Made by a program: the position numbers and the translations under genes. The notes below the pieces were generated by a model. That model was not told the DNA's origin. It was given only the letters and a program-made list of their open reading frames with translations, and did not search any database. A stretch of 36,813 bases of DNA from positions 1 to 36,813 of the forward strand of contig CAYQUB010000001.1 in assembly GCA_964420625.1 (NCBI GenBank), in the 5' to 3' direction. Positions 1-8,637 of the stretch are shown here, piece after piece; the first letter of the stretch is position 1, and every line of letters begins with the position of its first letter. The DNA is from an uncultured Bacteroidales bacterium. GTDB lineage: Bacteria; Bacillota_I; Bacilli_A; ML615J-28; CAG-698.

Positions 1-748
1 CCAAAGTAATGGTATTGTCACCGGCCTTTAGGTAAAAGAGATATGGTTCCAAAACAAATCCGGTTTCGTCGCGGAGGTAAGCGGTCCGTTGGACATCGAG
101 GATCTCGGTCTGGCTCGGTTTCATGTCATTGTCGGTGGTATCGCGAATGATCTCGCCGGCGTCCGTCCAGAAGCGGGAGAACTTGACATTTCCCAAATTC
201 GGAAACTGAAGCTCATATTGGGCCTCCGGATCGACCGGATCAATGGCCTGGTTGATGTAAACCGCCCGTTCGATGTTGGCTCCGCCGTCGGTGATCGGGA
301 AGTAGTTGACATAGATGCGATAAAGACCGGCCGCCGGCACGCCCGGGATCGTCCAGGTCGCCAATCCTTCGTCGGTGGTCTTATAGGCGCTGATTGTTTG
401 ACCGCCGCGGTCGGTGATGTTCACGGTTTCAAACCCGTCGGCGTGATGGCTTACCGCATCGGGTCCGTCAACGATGATGTCGCTGGCCATTTGCGGCAGC
501 GGCAACTGCGAAAAATCCAGCGGGTAATTGTCCAAGGCGTCAGCGGGGATCCCTTGCTTGAGTTTTAAGAAATCTTCATAATCTCCGCCCGGGATCAATA
601 CTTCCGGGGCCTGGGATTGCGATAAATAATGGTTGGGATTAAAGCTTTGAACAATGACGGTCGTTAAAAAAGTAACCAGGATCACTGCCAAAAGCAGCCA
701 TATTATTCTCTTTACGTTCTTTGCGGGGATTTGTATTTTACGCGCCAT
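1..748 (-). CDS. Membrane-anchored extracytoplasmic protein, 3' end outside the window (possible carbohydrate- or solute-binding protein)
   Basis: The minus-strand frame is open from the ATG at 748-746 to base 1. It is missing from the ORF track because it has no stop in the window. My own translation begins MARKIQIPAKNVKRIIWLLLAVILVTFLTTVIVQSF: a basic N-terminus plus one hydrophobic helix. A soluble region follows (..GLYRIYVNYFPITDGGANIERAVYINQAIDP..). The ATG overlaps the 3' end of the GH20 gene by 11 nt. The listed 89..568 + ORF is its antisense shadow. Confidence 0.6.
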   Translation of the reverse strand, partial: MARKIQIPAKNVKRIIWLLLAVILVTFLTTVIVQSFNPNHYLSQSQAPEVLIPGGDYEDFLKLKQGIPADALDNYPLDFSQLPLPQMASDIIVDGPDAVSHHADGFETVNITDRGGQTISAYKTTDEGLATWTIPGVPAAGLYRIYVNYFPITDGGANIERAVYINQAIDPVDPEAQYELQFPNLGNVKFSRFWTDAGEIIRDTTDNDMKPSQTEILDVQRTAYLRDETGFVLEPYLFYLKAGDNTITL

Positions 749-2612
749 GAATTTCACCTCTCTGATAATATTTTAATGCCATCGCCGCGAATTGGAAGAA
801 TTTTTCCAAATAAGCCAAACTCGAATTCAAACCTCCCGATTTGTTTCTGGTCAGCCAAAGCCGTCTTTGTTCTTCGATCAGGGCCGGTTGTGACATGATT
901 ATGGTAGTTAGTTTTTTGATCTTTTCAAGTTCTCCAAAACTGGGGCTGAAACATTGGTTCAGTTCCAAAACGGTTTTCACGAGCCGAACCGATTGGATGA
1001 ACTCGGCTTTGACGATTTCTCCGTCATCGATTCTTAGACGGGCGTTATGGATCTCCCGGACTTTCTGATCGAGGAATTCGCCCAAAAAGGTGTTCTTCTC
1101 GTCGGTCAGGATGATCGGCGCGATCCGGCTTTGGAAGAAAGCGATCGGGTTTTCTTCCGTGACAGCCTGGACGGCCATCATGAAACCATAAAAAATTTGG
1201 GTGGCGTTGCTTCGGTATTCGTTTAAGTAATGGTAGTGATTCCCCAGATCCATGACCGCATCGGCCATGATTCCCGCAAGATCTCTGAACACTTCTTCAT
1301 TTAAATAATCCTTAAGGGTGAAAGCCGTTCCTTCTTTGACCCGCCAGCTCATCAAGGCCGCAAAAACAAGCGGTGCCCAACTGGCCGGCCAAAACTGCAG
1401 ATGGCCAAAGTCTCCCCAATCGGTCAGGATCATTCCTTCGCCTTCAAAACGTTTGGCATTGACGCAGGCGTTGGTGATGTTTTCCGCCCAATCGTCCTTG
1501 CGTCCCAGGAAACTGCACCAGCTGGTGGTCCCCGGCGCCGCAATGAATTTGATCTTCAATTCATGAAGTTTTTTCAAGTGATCGGAGAACGGATAATTGG
1601 CGTCATAACCCCAATCGAGAAACAGCATGTCTTTCGGAAGCCGGTCAAGCAATTCCGGATGCGAGATCAGCACGTCGCCCCAGATCATCGGCGTCTTATG
1701 GTATTTCTTTACTTCTTCGCAAGCTTTCAAGACAAAATCAACATAGACGTTTCCCAAGCCGGCTTTATCGCAGATCGCTTTCGAATGACCTTTTCCAAGT
1801 TCGAAAGGTTCATCAAAGTTCATGTTAAAGTAGGAAGACGAAGTAATCGGCAGCATGTCCGCGTACAGTTTTTTCACCAGTTCCAGCGAACCCGGATTCA
1901 TGGGGTCCAAAGTGCTCGGCTGGCGATGGCGGCCCCATAAAAAAATCCCGTCAGGCTTTTCGGCCAAGTCCTTGAATTCGTCTTTTTCCAGCCATTTGGC
2001 CATGTGCCCAAATCCGTTTTGATTGGGAACCAGGTCGACATAACGTTCATTGGCGAATTTTTCGAGCTCTTGGTATTCCGCCACGGAGATGAACCCGTCG
2101 GCTTCCAGATATCGGGAAAACGAAGGATAGCCGAAACTGAATCCCTCGACGTACAACTCCAGATGGTTCATCTTCAAGTTGCTCATCAGCACAATGATGT
2201 TTTTAATGGTTTCGCAAGTTGGGACTTTGTCTCGGCTGATGTCGAGCATGAATCCCCGAATTTTTAGGTCCGGCTTATCGCTTATGAAACCGCAGCGGAT
2301 CTTTTCCGATGACTGTTTCATAATCTGTCTGAGGGATAGAGTGGCATAATAGGCTCCGGCTTCGGAGCCGTAATTGATGGTGATGGAATGGGTCTCGATC
2401 TTGATGACATAGGCTTCATTGCCAAGCGATGCATCCGAAAGATATCGGATGTCGGCTTCGTTTTCCAAACCGGCCGAGAATTTTATTGCTTCTTTCAGTG
2501 CCCTAAAAACGTTTACCATTTTTGATTGGAAAAATACGGTAAACTCTTTTTTTAAAAGGTAATCGTTTTCAAGCATAACCATCTGCTTGACGTTGGGAAA
2601 AATTTTAAGCAT
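738..2612 (-). CDS. Glycoside hydrolase family 20 beta-N-acetylhexosaminidase
   Basis: 624 aa. The GH20 catalytic-domain signature is present: DKPDLKIRGFMLDISRDKVP..IKNIIVLMSNLKMNHLELYVEGFSF, then ..NMNFDEPFELG.. and ..LTDWGDFGH... An AGGAGAA ribosome-binding site lies upstream of the ATG at 2612. Confidence 0.85.
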   Translation of the reverse strand: MLKIFPNVKQMVMLENDYLLKKEFTVFFQSKMVNVFRALKEAIKFSAGLENEADIRYLSDASLGNEAYVIKIETHSITINYGSEAGAYYATLSLRQIMKQSSEKIRCGFISDKPDLKIRGFMLDISRDKVPTCETIKNIIVLMSNLKMNHLELYVEGFSFGYPSFSRYLEADGFISVAEYQELEKFANERYVDLVPNQNGFGHMAKWLEKDEFKDLAEKPDGIFLWGRHRQPSTLDPMNPGSLELVKKLYADMLPITSSSYFNMNFDEPFELGKGHSKAICDKAGLGNVYVDFVLKACEEVKKYHKTPMIWGDVLISHPELLDRLPKDMLFLDWGYDANYPFSDHLKKLHELKIKFIAAPGTTSWCSFLGRKDDWAENITNACVNAKRFEGEGMILTDWGDFGHLQFWPASWAPLVFAALMSWRVKEGTAFTLKDYLNEEVFRDLAGIMADAVMDLGNHYHYLNEYRSNATQIFYGFMMAVQAVTEENPIAFFQSRIAPIILTDEKNTFLGEFLDQKVREIHNARLRIDDGEIVKAEFIQSVRLVKTVLELNQCFSPSFGELEKIKKLTTIIMSQPALIEEQRRLWLTRNKSGGLNSSLAYLEKFFQFAAMALKYYQRGEIHGA

Positions 2613-2664
2613 GGGGTTCTCCTGGCCGGAATTAGCCGATTTTATCGGATTTTACTTTTTACTC

Positions 2665-2693
2665 ATTATACAATAAATACCCCTTTTTTTCAA
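2665..2693 (-). promoter_or_regulatory. Sigma-A type promoter for the GH20 gene
   Basis: On the minus strand: TTGAAA (2693-2688), a 17 nt spacer, then TATAAT (2670-2665). Confidence 0.5.
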
Positions 2694-2722
2694 GGTGAAA
2701 AAATAAATAATCGGGTCAAATG

Positions 2723-2752
2723 AAAAAAAGTTCCGATGCGAAGGCTCGGAAC
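2723..2752 (-). terminator. Rho-independent terminator after the GHL10 gene
   Basis: On the minus strand, a GTTCCGA..TCGGAAC stem is followed by a T7 run, directly after the stop at 2760. Confidence 0.6.
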
Positions 2753-2759
2753 CGGGTTT

Positions 2760-4055
2760 TTATATCTCTTCGGCTTCTTTTGACCAAAGTTTTTTCAATT
2801 TCTGGCGCGCGGCGCTAAGAGCCGGGATCTCGTCGCCAACCAGGTTCTTGTAAGTGAACATGATGACGCCTTTGATGTTTTGATGGCAGCGATTATACTT
2901 AAGTTGATTAATGATTTCTTCCGGGTTGCTCCAGTTTCCTTCCTTGGAATAACGGTACAATCCCATGCCGATGTACAGTTTGGTTCTGGTTTCTTTGGAA
3001 ATTTCCGCCCACCATTTGGCCAGATCGGCATACTTGACGACTTCGTAAAGATTGCCTTCGGAATTCTTTTTCCAGTAGTCCAAATCAAAATAATCCTGAG
3101 GCACGACGTAATCGATCCAGCCTTCCTTCATCCACTGCCAAACATCGGCGAAAAGCCCGGTATAGCAGTTGAAGCAAGCGAAATGGTTGTTTGAGCCATG
3201 CTCCCAAGCCGATTCGCTCGGCTCTTTGAACCACTTCGTGTTGGTCCGGTATATTCCGAACGGGCTGATCCCGAATTCAACTTTTTTCGGAAGTTCGGAT
3301 AGTTTTTCTTTGACCCGTTTGATGAGCAGGCTGACATTGTTCCGCCGGAAGTCCCCGAGGGTCTTAAATCCGGAAGCTTGGAATTTGGCCTCTTCGTTTT
3401 CGTCTTTGATGGCCTCATACGGATAAAAATAATCATCCATGTGAATGGCTTTCACATTGTAATTGCGTCCGATCTCCGCCGCGGAATCGGCGACGAATTC
3501 GCGAACGGCGTCGCTCGCCGGATCGAGGATCAGTTTCTGTTCGGCGGTGACGATGACCAGTTCCGGATGCCGTCTCGCAAAGTTGTTCGGCGCCAGGCTG
3601 TTCAGATATTCCTCTTTGGTCTGATGGGCATCCGTTAGTTTGACGACCGAGATCCGGTACGGATTCATCCAGGCCTGAACGGTGAGTCCCGCCGCGTTCG
3701 CTTCTTTCGCGAACCAGCCGAAAACATCGAAGCCGGGATATTTCCCTTGTTCTCCGGTAATGAATGCCGTCCAGGGGTTCAGTTTTGATTCATACCAGGC
3801 ATCATTGGTCGGACGAACCTGAAATACCACCGTGTTGAAATGGTATTCCTTGATCTTTTGGATCGCTTTGCGCAAATAATCCTGATAACTTTGCACGGAT
3901 TCCATTTGGGGAATGTCGATGTTATTGACCGTCGAAAACCAAATTCCGCGCAGTTCTTTTTTCTTCTGCACATATCGGTCCGGAATCATTACTTCTTCCT
4001 GGCTCTGATAGAAAGTGACATTGCCTTCGCTAGCAAATCTATTAATGGGTTTCAT
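2760..4055 (-). CDS. Glycosyl hydrolase-like 10 (GHL10, YngK-like) family protein
   Basis: The pattern ELRGIWFSTVNNIDIP...YHFNTVVFQVRPTNDAWYESKLNPW...AWMNPYR..AIHMDDYFYP is typical of the GHL10 / DUF187 family. I moved the start to the ATG at 4055 (MKPINRF) because GGAGGAATTAT precedes it. The 13 upstream codons in the track (MPRPRRSRLWRNY) have no ribosome-binding site. Confidence 0.75.
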   Translation of the reverse strand: MKPINRFASEGNVTFYQSQEEVMIPDRYVQKKKELRGIWFSTVNNIDIPQMESVQSYQDYLRKAIQKIKEYHFNTVVFQVRPTNDAWYESKLNPWTAFITGEQGKYPGFDVFGWFAKEANAAGLTVQAWMNPYRISVVKLTDAHQTKEEYLNSLAPNNFARRHPELVIVTAEQKLILDPASDAVREFVADSAAEIGRNYNVKAIHMDDYFYPYEAIKDENEEAKFQASGFKTLGDFRRNNVSLLIKRVKEKLSELPKKVEFGISPFGIYRTNTKWFKEPSESAWEHGSNNHFACFNCYTGLFADVWQWMKEGWIDYVVPQDYFDLDYWKKNSEGNLYEVVKYADLAKWWAEISKETRTKLYIGMGLYRYSKEGNWSNPEEIINQLKYNRCHQNIKGVIMFTYKNLVGDEIPALSAARQKLKKLWSKEAEEI

Positions 4056-4974
4056 ATAATTCCTCCATAATCGTGATCGTCTTGGTCTGGGCATCCATCT
4101 TCACGCGAATGCCGATCGGTAAATTAAGGAACGGAAAATCATGTCCCGAAGCAAAATCGGTGATGACCGGAACCGATAAATTCCCGAAGTATTGTTTTAG
4201 AAGGTCCGAGATCTCCCAGGATCCTTTTTCCTTAGGTTCGCAGCCGGTGAAATACCCGAGCACGAATCCTTTGGCTTGTTCAAGTTTTCCCGCCAAACGC
4301 AGATTCGAAAGATAACGGTCGATCCGGTACGGCGCTTCATCCACGTCTTCGATGAAGACGATCTTGTCCGTAAAATCCAAATCGTACGGGGTTCCCGCGA
4401 GCGTCGCGATCAGGCTGAGATTTCCGCCGATCAGTTTCCCTTCCGCGGCTCCCTCTTTGAGCGTCTTCGCATTGTCTTTCGGGTTTTTCAGCACCCGGCC
4501 TTTTTGATTTTGGAAGATCAGGGCTTCAAAATCAGCCCGGGAGGCCGCGTCCGCTTTCGGACTTCCGAGCCAAATGCCAACCGCTCCGTGGATGGTTGGC
4601 AAGCCGGTTTTCGCTTGGATGGCATTTAAAAGCACGGTAACGTCGCTGAATCCGATCAGCAGTTTCGGATGTTTCGCAATTTTGGAAAAGTCGATCCGAT
4701 CGACCATCCGCGAACAGCCATATCCGCCTTTCATGCATAAAACAGCTTTGACTTCCTCATCCAGATACATGGCTTCCAAATCGGCGGCCCGCTGTTCGTC
4801 CGTCCCCGCCAGATACCCATAAGAAGCAAAATCATTTTTTCCGTACTTGACTTTCAAACCCAATCCGTTCAAGTATTTTTCCATGACCGGGATCCGAGGA
4901 TTGTCCTTCGAAATCGATGATGCCGGGCAGATGATCCCAACCGTATCCCCAACCTGAAGTTTTTCGAATTTCAT
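4042..4974 (-). CDS. LD-carboxypeptidase (peptidase S66, muramoyl-tetrapeptide carboxypeptidase family)
   Basis: 310 aa. It shows VGIICPASSI near the N-terminus, a GFSDVTVLLNAI nucleophile-elbow region and a C-terminal ..DFASGHDFP.. histidine region. These are typical of the S66 LdcA family. Confidence 0.8.
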   Translation of the reverse strand: MKFEKLQVGDTVGIICPASSISKDNPRIPVMEKYLNGLGLKVKYGKNDFASYGYLAGTDEQRAADLEAMYLDEEVKAVLCMKGGYGCSRMVDRIDFSKIAKHPKLLIGFSDVTVLLNAIQAKTGLPTIHGAVGIWLGSPKADAASRADFEALIFQNQKGRVLKNPKDNAKTLKEGAAEGKLIGGNLSLIATLAGTPYDLDFTDKIVFIEDVDEAPYRIDRYLSNLRLAGKLEQAKGFVLGYFTGCEPKEKGSWEISDLLKQYFGNLSVPVITDFASGHDFPFLNLPIGIRVKMDAQTKTITIMEELYETH

Positions 4975-4976
4975 CT

Positions 4977-5672
4977 TTAGAAACCGTCCATCATTTTGGT
5001 AAACTTCTGGTAGCCTTCAAGGTTAAAACATTGCGCATGGGCATTTTTGGAAAGGGCTCCCCGAACAAAGGTCAAATGGGTGTAATAATCGAAATATCGA
5101 AACGACGGGCTGTTCATGATGAACCAGTGCTTGGAAATGGCTTCTTTCCAAAGTTCGAAACCATCGCCGCAGTTCACATAGACATAAGGGTCAAAGCCCT
5201 CGCGGTCCTCCCAGTTCTCGGCGAAATACACCGGCGCCCAATGCGGGGTTCCGGGGATCTTGCCGCCCATATCCAAAGCCGCCCAAAAAGCCGCGTTAAT
5301 GACGATCCGGTTAGTCGCCGCATGATCTTTGTGCATGGAGTTTTTCCAATGAGTGAAGATGATGTTCGGGCGGTATTTCCGAATTAAGGTCGCGACTTTG
5401 ATCCGGGCTTCGGCGTTGTCCGGCAGTTCTCCGTCTTGGTAGTCAAGCACCACCGCTTCGCCATGCAGCATCGCCGCGAAGGTTTCGGCTTCTTTCACTT
5501 TTTGAATCCGGTAATCGGCGACGGACATTCCTTTGGGGTTGCCCCGTTCGCCGGCGGTCAGCGCCAAAGTGATGATCTTATCGCCCTTTAAAGACTGAGC
5601 GGCCAAAACGCAACCGGCGGTCAGTTCCATGTCCCCAACATGGCCGCCGATGGCCAAAAAGGTTTTATTCAT
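4977..5672 (-). CDS. PIG-L / LmbE family N-acetylglucosaminyl deacetylase
   Basis: 231 aa. The N-terminus FLAIGGHVGDMELTAGC matches the metal-binding H-x-D-D-like region, and HKDH lies further downstream. The start overlaps the GNAT stop in an ATGA arrangement. Confidence 0.75.
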   Translation of the reverse strand: MNKTFLAIGGHVGDMELTAGCVLAAQSLKGDKIITLALTAGERGNPKGMSVADYRIQKVKEAETFAAMLHGEAVVLDYQDGELPDNAEARIKVATLIRKYRPNIIFTHWKNSMHKDHAATNRIVINAAFWAALDMGGKIPGTPHWAPVYFAENWEDREGFDPYVYVNCGDGFELWKEAISKHWFIMNSPSFRYFDYYTHLTFVRGALSKNAHAQCFNLEGYQKFTKMMDGF

Positions 5673-6652
5673 TTCAGTTCCTTTCTCAGGGCCACGAAGG
5701 ACTGAACGATCTTCATGCCCGCGTAAAGATATATTTCCCTCGCTTTGTTATCCGATCCGGTGAACAAAGTCATGAAAGCGGCATTGTTTTCTTTGGATTT
5801 CTGACAGAGCATGCAAAAGAGGGATTTCCCCAAACCATGGCCCTGGGCTTTCGGATGAACGCCGATTCCCCCAAGATAACCGCGGCCGCTCGGTTGGGTG
5901 AAAACCGGGCCGGTCCAGCCCAAGATCTCGCCGTCTTTTTGCGCGATCAGGATCGGATCGGGTTTTTCTTTGGCCAGATTGTTTTTCACAACGCTGCGCC
6001 AGCCTTCGTTTTGCAAGCCGTCAAACAGTTCATCAAACCCATGATGCAGAGCGGGATCATAAAAGGCGATGGTAAAGCCGTTCTTTTCGTTTTCTTTCAT
6101 CTTCTTCTTGACGTCTTCCGGAAGCTGATAGCGGCTCAGATCCAAATGATAGGCATCCTGTTGGCCGTTGACATTGTAACCGTTGGCCATCAAAAGGAAA
6201 TAATACGGGGTATTGAACGGAACCGCCGGCGCTCCCGGATGTTCGTGGTTCTTCGTCCCCGGAACCAGCCACTCCAGATTGATGGGGTTGAAAAAAAGAT
6301 TCCGAACGTAAGTTTTGCCCTTGTTTTTTAAGAATCTTTCCAATTCTTTCAAAATGAGCGAACCGATCCCGCGCCGCCAATGATCTTTGTCCACGGCGAT
6401 GCAGGTAATGTAACCGGGCGTTTGGCTCGGTTCTTTGCCTTGGTGATTGTAAGCGGCATTCCCGAAGCCGATGATTTTGCCCTTTTCGGTCACGACCAAA
6501 GACCCGTCGGGATCATAAAACGGATTGTCCAAAAATTTGCTTTGGAAAGAGGCTTTCGTAAACGGCGAATAGATGGAATAAGGAACCACGCTTTCGTTCC
6601 AAAGCGCCACGACCGCTTCGATCATCGGCGGTTCGAATTTTTTAAGGTCCAT
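5669..6652 (-). CDS. GNAT family N-acetyltransferase (two acetyltransferase-like halves)
   Basis: 327 aa with two acetyl-CoA-binding-like motifs, RRGIGSLILKELERFLKNKG and GHGLGKSLFCMLCQKSKE. A GGGAGGAAA ribosome-binding site precedes the ATG at 6652. Confidence 0.7.
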   Translation of the reverse strand: MDLKKFEPPMIEAVVALWNESVVPYSIYSPFTKASFQSKFLDNPFYDPDGSLVVTEKGKIIGFGNAAYNHQGKEPSQTPGYITCIAVDKDHWRRGIGSLILKELERFLKNKGKTYVRNLFFNPINLEWLVPGTKNHEHPGAPAVPFNTPYYFLLMANGYNVNGQQDAYHLDLSRYQLPEDVKKKMKENEKNGFTIAFYDPALHHGFDELFDGLQNEGWRSVVKNNLAKEKPDPILIAQKDGEILGWTGPVFTQPSGRGYLGGIGVHPKAQGHGLGKSLFCMLCQKSKENNAAFMTLFTGSDNKAREIYLYAGMKIVQSFVALRKELK

Positions 6653-7719
6653 TTATATTTCCTCCCTGAAAAATGACTGATGACATAGTTTCCGACTTTG
6701 GCTCTAAACGGTATCAGTTTGAGATTGTCGCGGGTCGGATGGACCCGGTTGGAAAGCATGCAAAAAGCTACTTGGTTGTCCCGGTCGATCCAAAGGTTCG
6801 TTCCCGTAAAGCCGGTGTGCTGAATGGTGTTGGGGCTGGTCAGGTCTCCCGATGAAGACAGACAGCCTTTGACGATCCATCCCAAACCCCGCGAATCGGT
6901 ATCCAAGGATATCCCGCTTTGCATCTCGACTTGTTTTTTAAACAGCAGATCCACCGTTGGTTTGGAAAGAAATACTTTTCCTTTGTATTTTCCGTCGTCA
7001 AGGATCATGCCCATGAAATGGGACAAATCGGAAACGGTGGAAAAGAGCCCGGCGTGACCGGCGACTCCGCCCAAAATGTAGGACTTCTCGTCATGCACAT
7101 GGCCGCGGACATAACCGTTATAGATCTCGTCCTGACGCAGTTCGGTCGGAGCGCATCTTTCGATGTCGGCGGGATTGTAGCCGGTATCGACCATTTCCAG
7201 CGGTTCAAAAACATTCTTTTTCGCGAATTCATCCAAAGTCTGTCCGGAGATCGCTTCAATGACGAACCCGAGCAGAATGAATCCGATGTCCGAATAAACG
7301 ATCTTCGAGTTCTTCGGATAAACCGGATCGCAGGCATAGATCCGCTCCAAACATTCATCCCGGCTGGCCAGTTTTGCGGCTTTGGACAAATCGGCCTGCA
7401 GTCCGGAAGTATGGGTCATCAGATCCCAGATGGTGATGTCTTGGTGCCGGAAATTCGGAAGATACGCGGAAACGGCATCATACAGCCGCAGTTTTCCGCG
7501 TTCCAACAGCAACATGAGGCAAGTGGTCGTGGCCACGACCTTGCTGCACGAAGCCATATCATACAGCGTATCCAAGCTGTTTGGCTCCGCCTTCGGAAAC
7601 AGACTCTTTTTCCCGAGGCTGTTCAGATAGGTCTTATCGGCCAACAGGCAATAATTGACGCCCGGGAAAACCCCTTCGTCAATCGCTTTTTGCAATAACT
7701 CTTCCAATCCTTTGATCAT
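6622..7719 (-). CDS. Beta-lactamase-fold serine hydrolase (class C / DD-peptidase-like)
   Basis: 365 aa. An S-x-x-K motif is present in YDMASCSKVVATT, YSD lies downstream (Y-x-N position), and ..GFTGT.. sits near the C-terminus (KTG-like box, here HTG). Its 3' end overlaps the GNAT start by 31 nt. Confidence 0.8.
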   Translation of the reverse strand: MIKGLEELLQKAIDEGVFPGVNYCLLADKTYLNSLGKKSLFPKAEPNSLDTLYDMASCSKVVATTTCLMLLLERGKLRLYDAVSAYLPNFRHQDITIWDLMTHTSGLQADLSKAAKLASRDECLERIYACDPVYPKNSKIVYSDIGFILLGFVIEAISGQTLDEFAKKNVFEPLEMVDTGYNPADIERCAPTELRQDEIYNGYVRGHVHDEKSYILGGVAGHAGLFSTVSDLSHFMGMILDDGKYKGKVFLSKPTVDLLFKKQVEMQSGISLDTDSRGLGWIVKGCLSSSGDLTSPNTIQHTGFTGTNLWIDRDNQVAFCMLSNRVHPTRDNLKLIPFRAKVGNYVISHFSGRKYKWTLKNSNRR

Positions 7720-7741
7720 TGATTTATTTCCTGCCTTTCAA

Positions 7742-8629
7742 TCAAAACTTATGAAGGTGGCGGCGGTAACGTTTATAGAAGTTATCGTAGCAAATTTTTT
7801 GGATGTTTTTCTCCGAAAAGCCGTGGCGGGACAGTCCCGAAAGCAATCCGGGGGTTTTGGTGGCATCCGCCAGATCCCGGATGTTCGAATTCGGAAAATC
7901 GCTCAGATAATCCATGAAGTCGAAACCGAACATGACATTGTCCACGCCCATGATCGCGATGGCTCTTTCAACATGCCCCAGGAAATGCTCGAGGTCTTGC
8001 AATTCCGGCTTTTTGGAAACAAAGCTGCTGGCGAGCGTCAGCCCGATCATGCCCCCGGCGTCTTTCAAAGCTTTTAATTGATCATCGGTCAGATTTCGCC
8101 GATGATCGCAGAGGCTCTTCAGGTTTCCGTGGGAGAAAATGATATTCCGGTGCGTGAAATTCAAAACGTCGTAAAAGCTTTTTTCATTGAGATGAGCGAC
8201 ATCGATGATCATGTCCAGCCGCTCCATTTCCCTCAAAAGTTTCTTGCCCTCTTCAGTCAGGCCCCGAGCCGGATCTCCCGCGACCCCGGTAGCGTACTTA
8301 TTTTCCTCGTTCCAGGTCAGCATCGCATGTCTGATCCCCAAATCGTATGCTTTGTTGATGTCCTCCCAATTCGGAAGGTTTCGGCACCCTTCCAAACCTA
8401 ACATGACTTCGAATTTCGGAAGCAGCTTCATGTCAATTTCCCCAAGCGCAATCTTTAGCGATTCCAGAAGATCGAAATCATCCGGCGAGTACATGGTCCA
8501 AAGCGCTCCCGAAACATCCGACTTCAAAAGCTGGGGAACATGAAAGTCCGAGAAACGGTTGCTTACTCCGGCTATTTTTTTGGTGTATAAGTCATAAAGC
8601 ATATCGCTATGGGTATCAAATATTTTCAT
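7742..8629 (-). CDS. Membrane dipeptidase family protein (peptidase M19)
   Basis: M19-type motifs are present: FDTHSDMLYDL, LGLEG, HAMLTWNEENKY, DVAHLNEKSF, FSHGN and GFDFMDY. I set the start at the ATG at 8629 (MKIFDTHSD), which is preceded by AGGAGGAAT. Confidence 0.8.
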   Translation of the reverse strand: MKIFDTHSDMLYDLYTKKIAGVSNRFSDFHVPQLLKSDVSGALWTMYSPDDFDLLESLKIALGEIDMKLLPKFEVMLGLEGCRNLPNWEDINKAYDLGIRHAMLTWNEENKYATGVAGDPARGLTEEGKKLLREMERLDMIIDVAHLNEKSFYDVLNFTHRNIIFSHGNLKSLCDHRRNLTDDQLKALKDAGGMIGLTLASSFVSKKPELQDLEHFLGHVERAIAIMGVDNVMFGFDFMDYLSDFPNSNIRDLADATKTPGLLSGLSRHGFSEKNIQKICYDNFYKRYRRHLHKF

Positions 8630-8637
8630 TATTCCTC

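Noticed and set aside
89-568. 159-aa plus-strand ORF at the left edge
   Set aside because: It lies antisense to a longer minus-strand frame that is open from 748 to the window edge. That minus-strand frame has a start codon, overlaps the upstream gene in an operon-like way and encodes a plausible signal-anchor. The plus ORF has no ribosome-binding site and a low-complexity, Arg/Gly/Asp-rich composition typical of shadow frames.
4056-4094. N-terminal extensions in track ORFs (4056-4094, 8630-8650, 18743-18763, 29458-29466, 33119-33163, 35731-35769, 20630-20656)
   Set aside because: In each case an internal ATG with a clear GGAGG-type ribosome-binding site, a promoter element overlapping the longer start, or typical family N-termini supports the shorter form. 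The extensions overlap the upstream gene or the promoter.
6919-7698. 259-aa plus-strand ORF
   Set aside because: It is an antisense shadow of the beta-lactamase-fold hydrolase gene, which has an SxxK motif. It has no ribosome-binding site or motifs.
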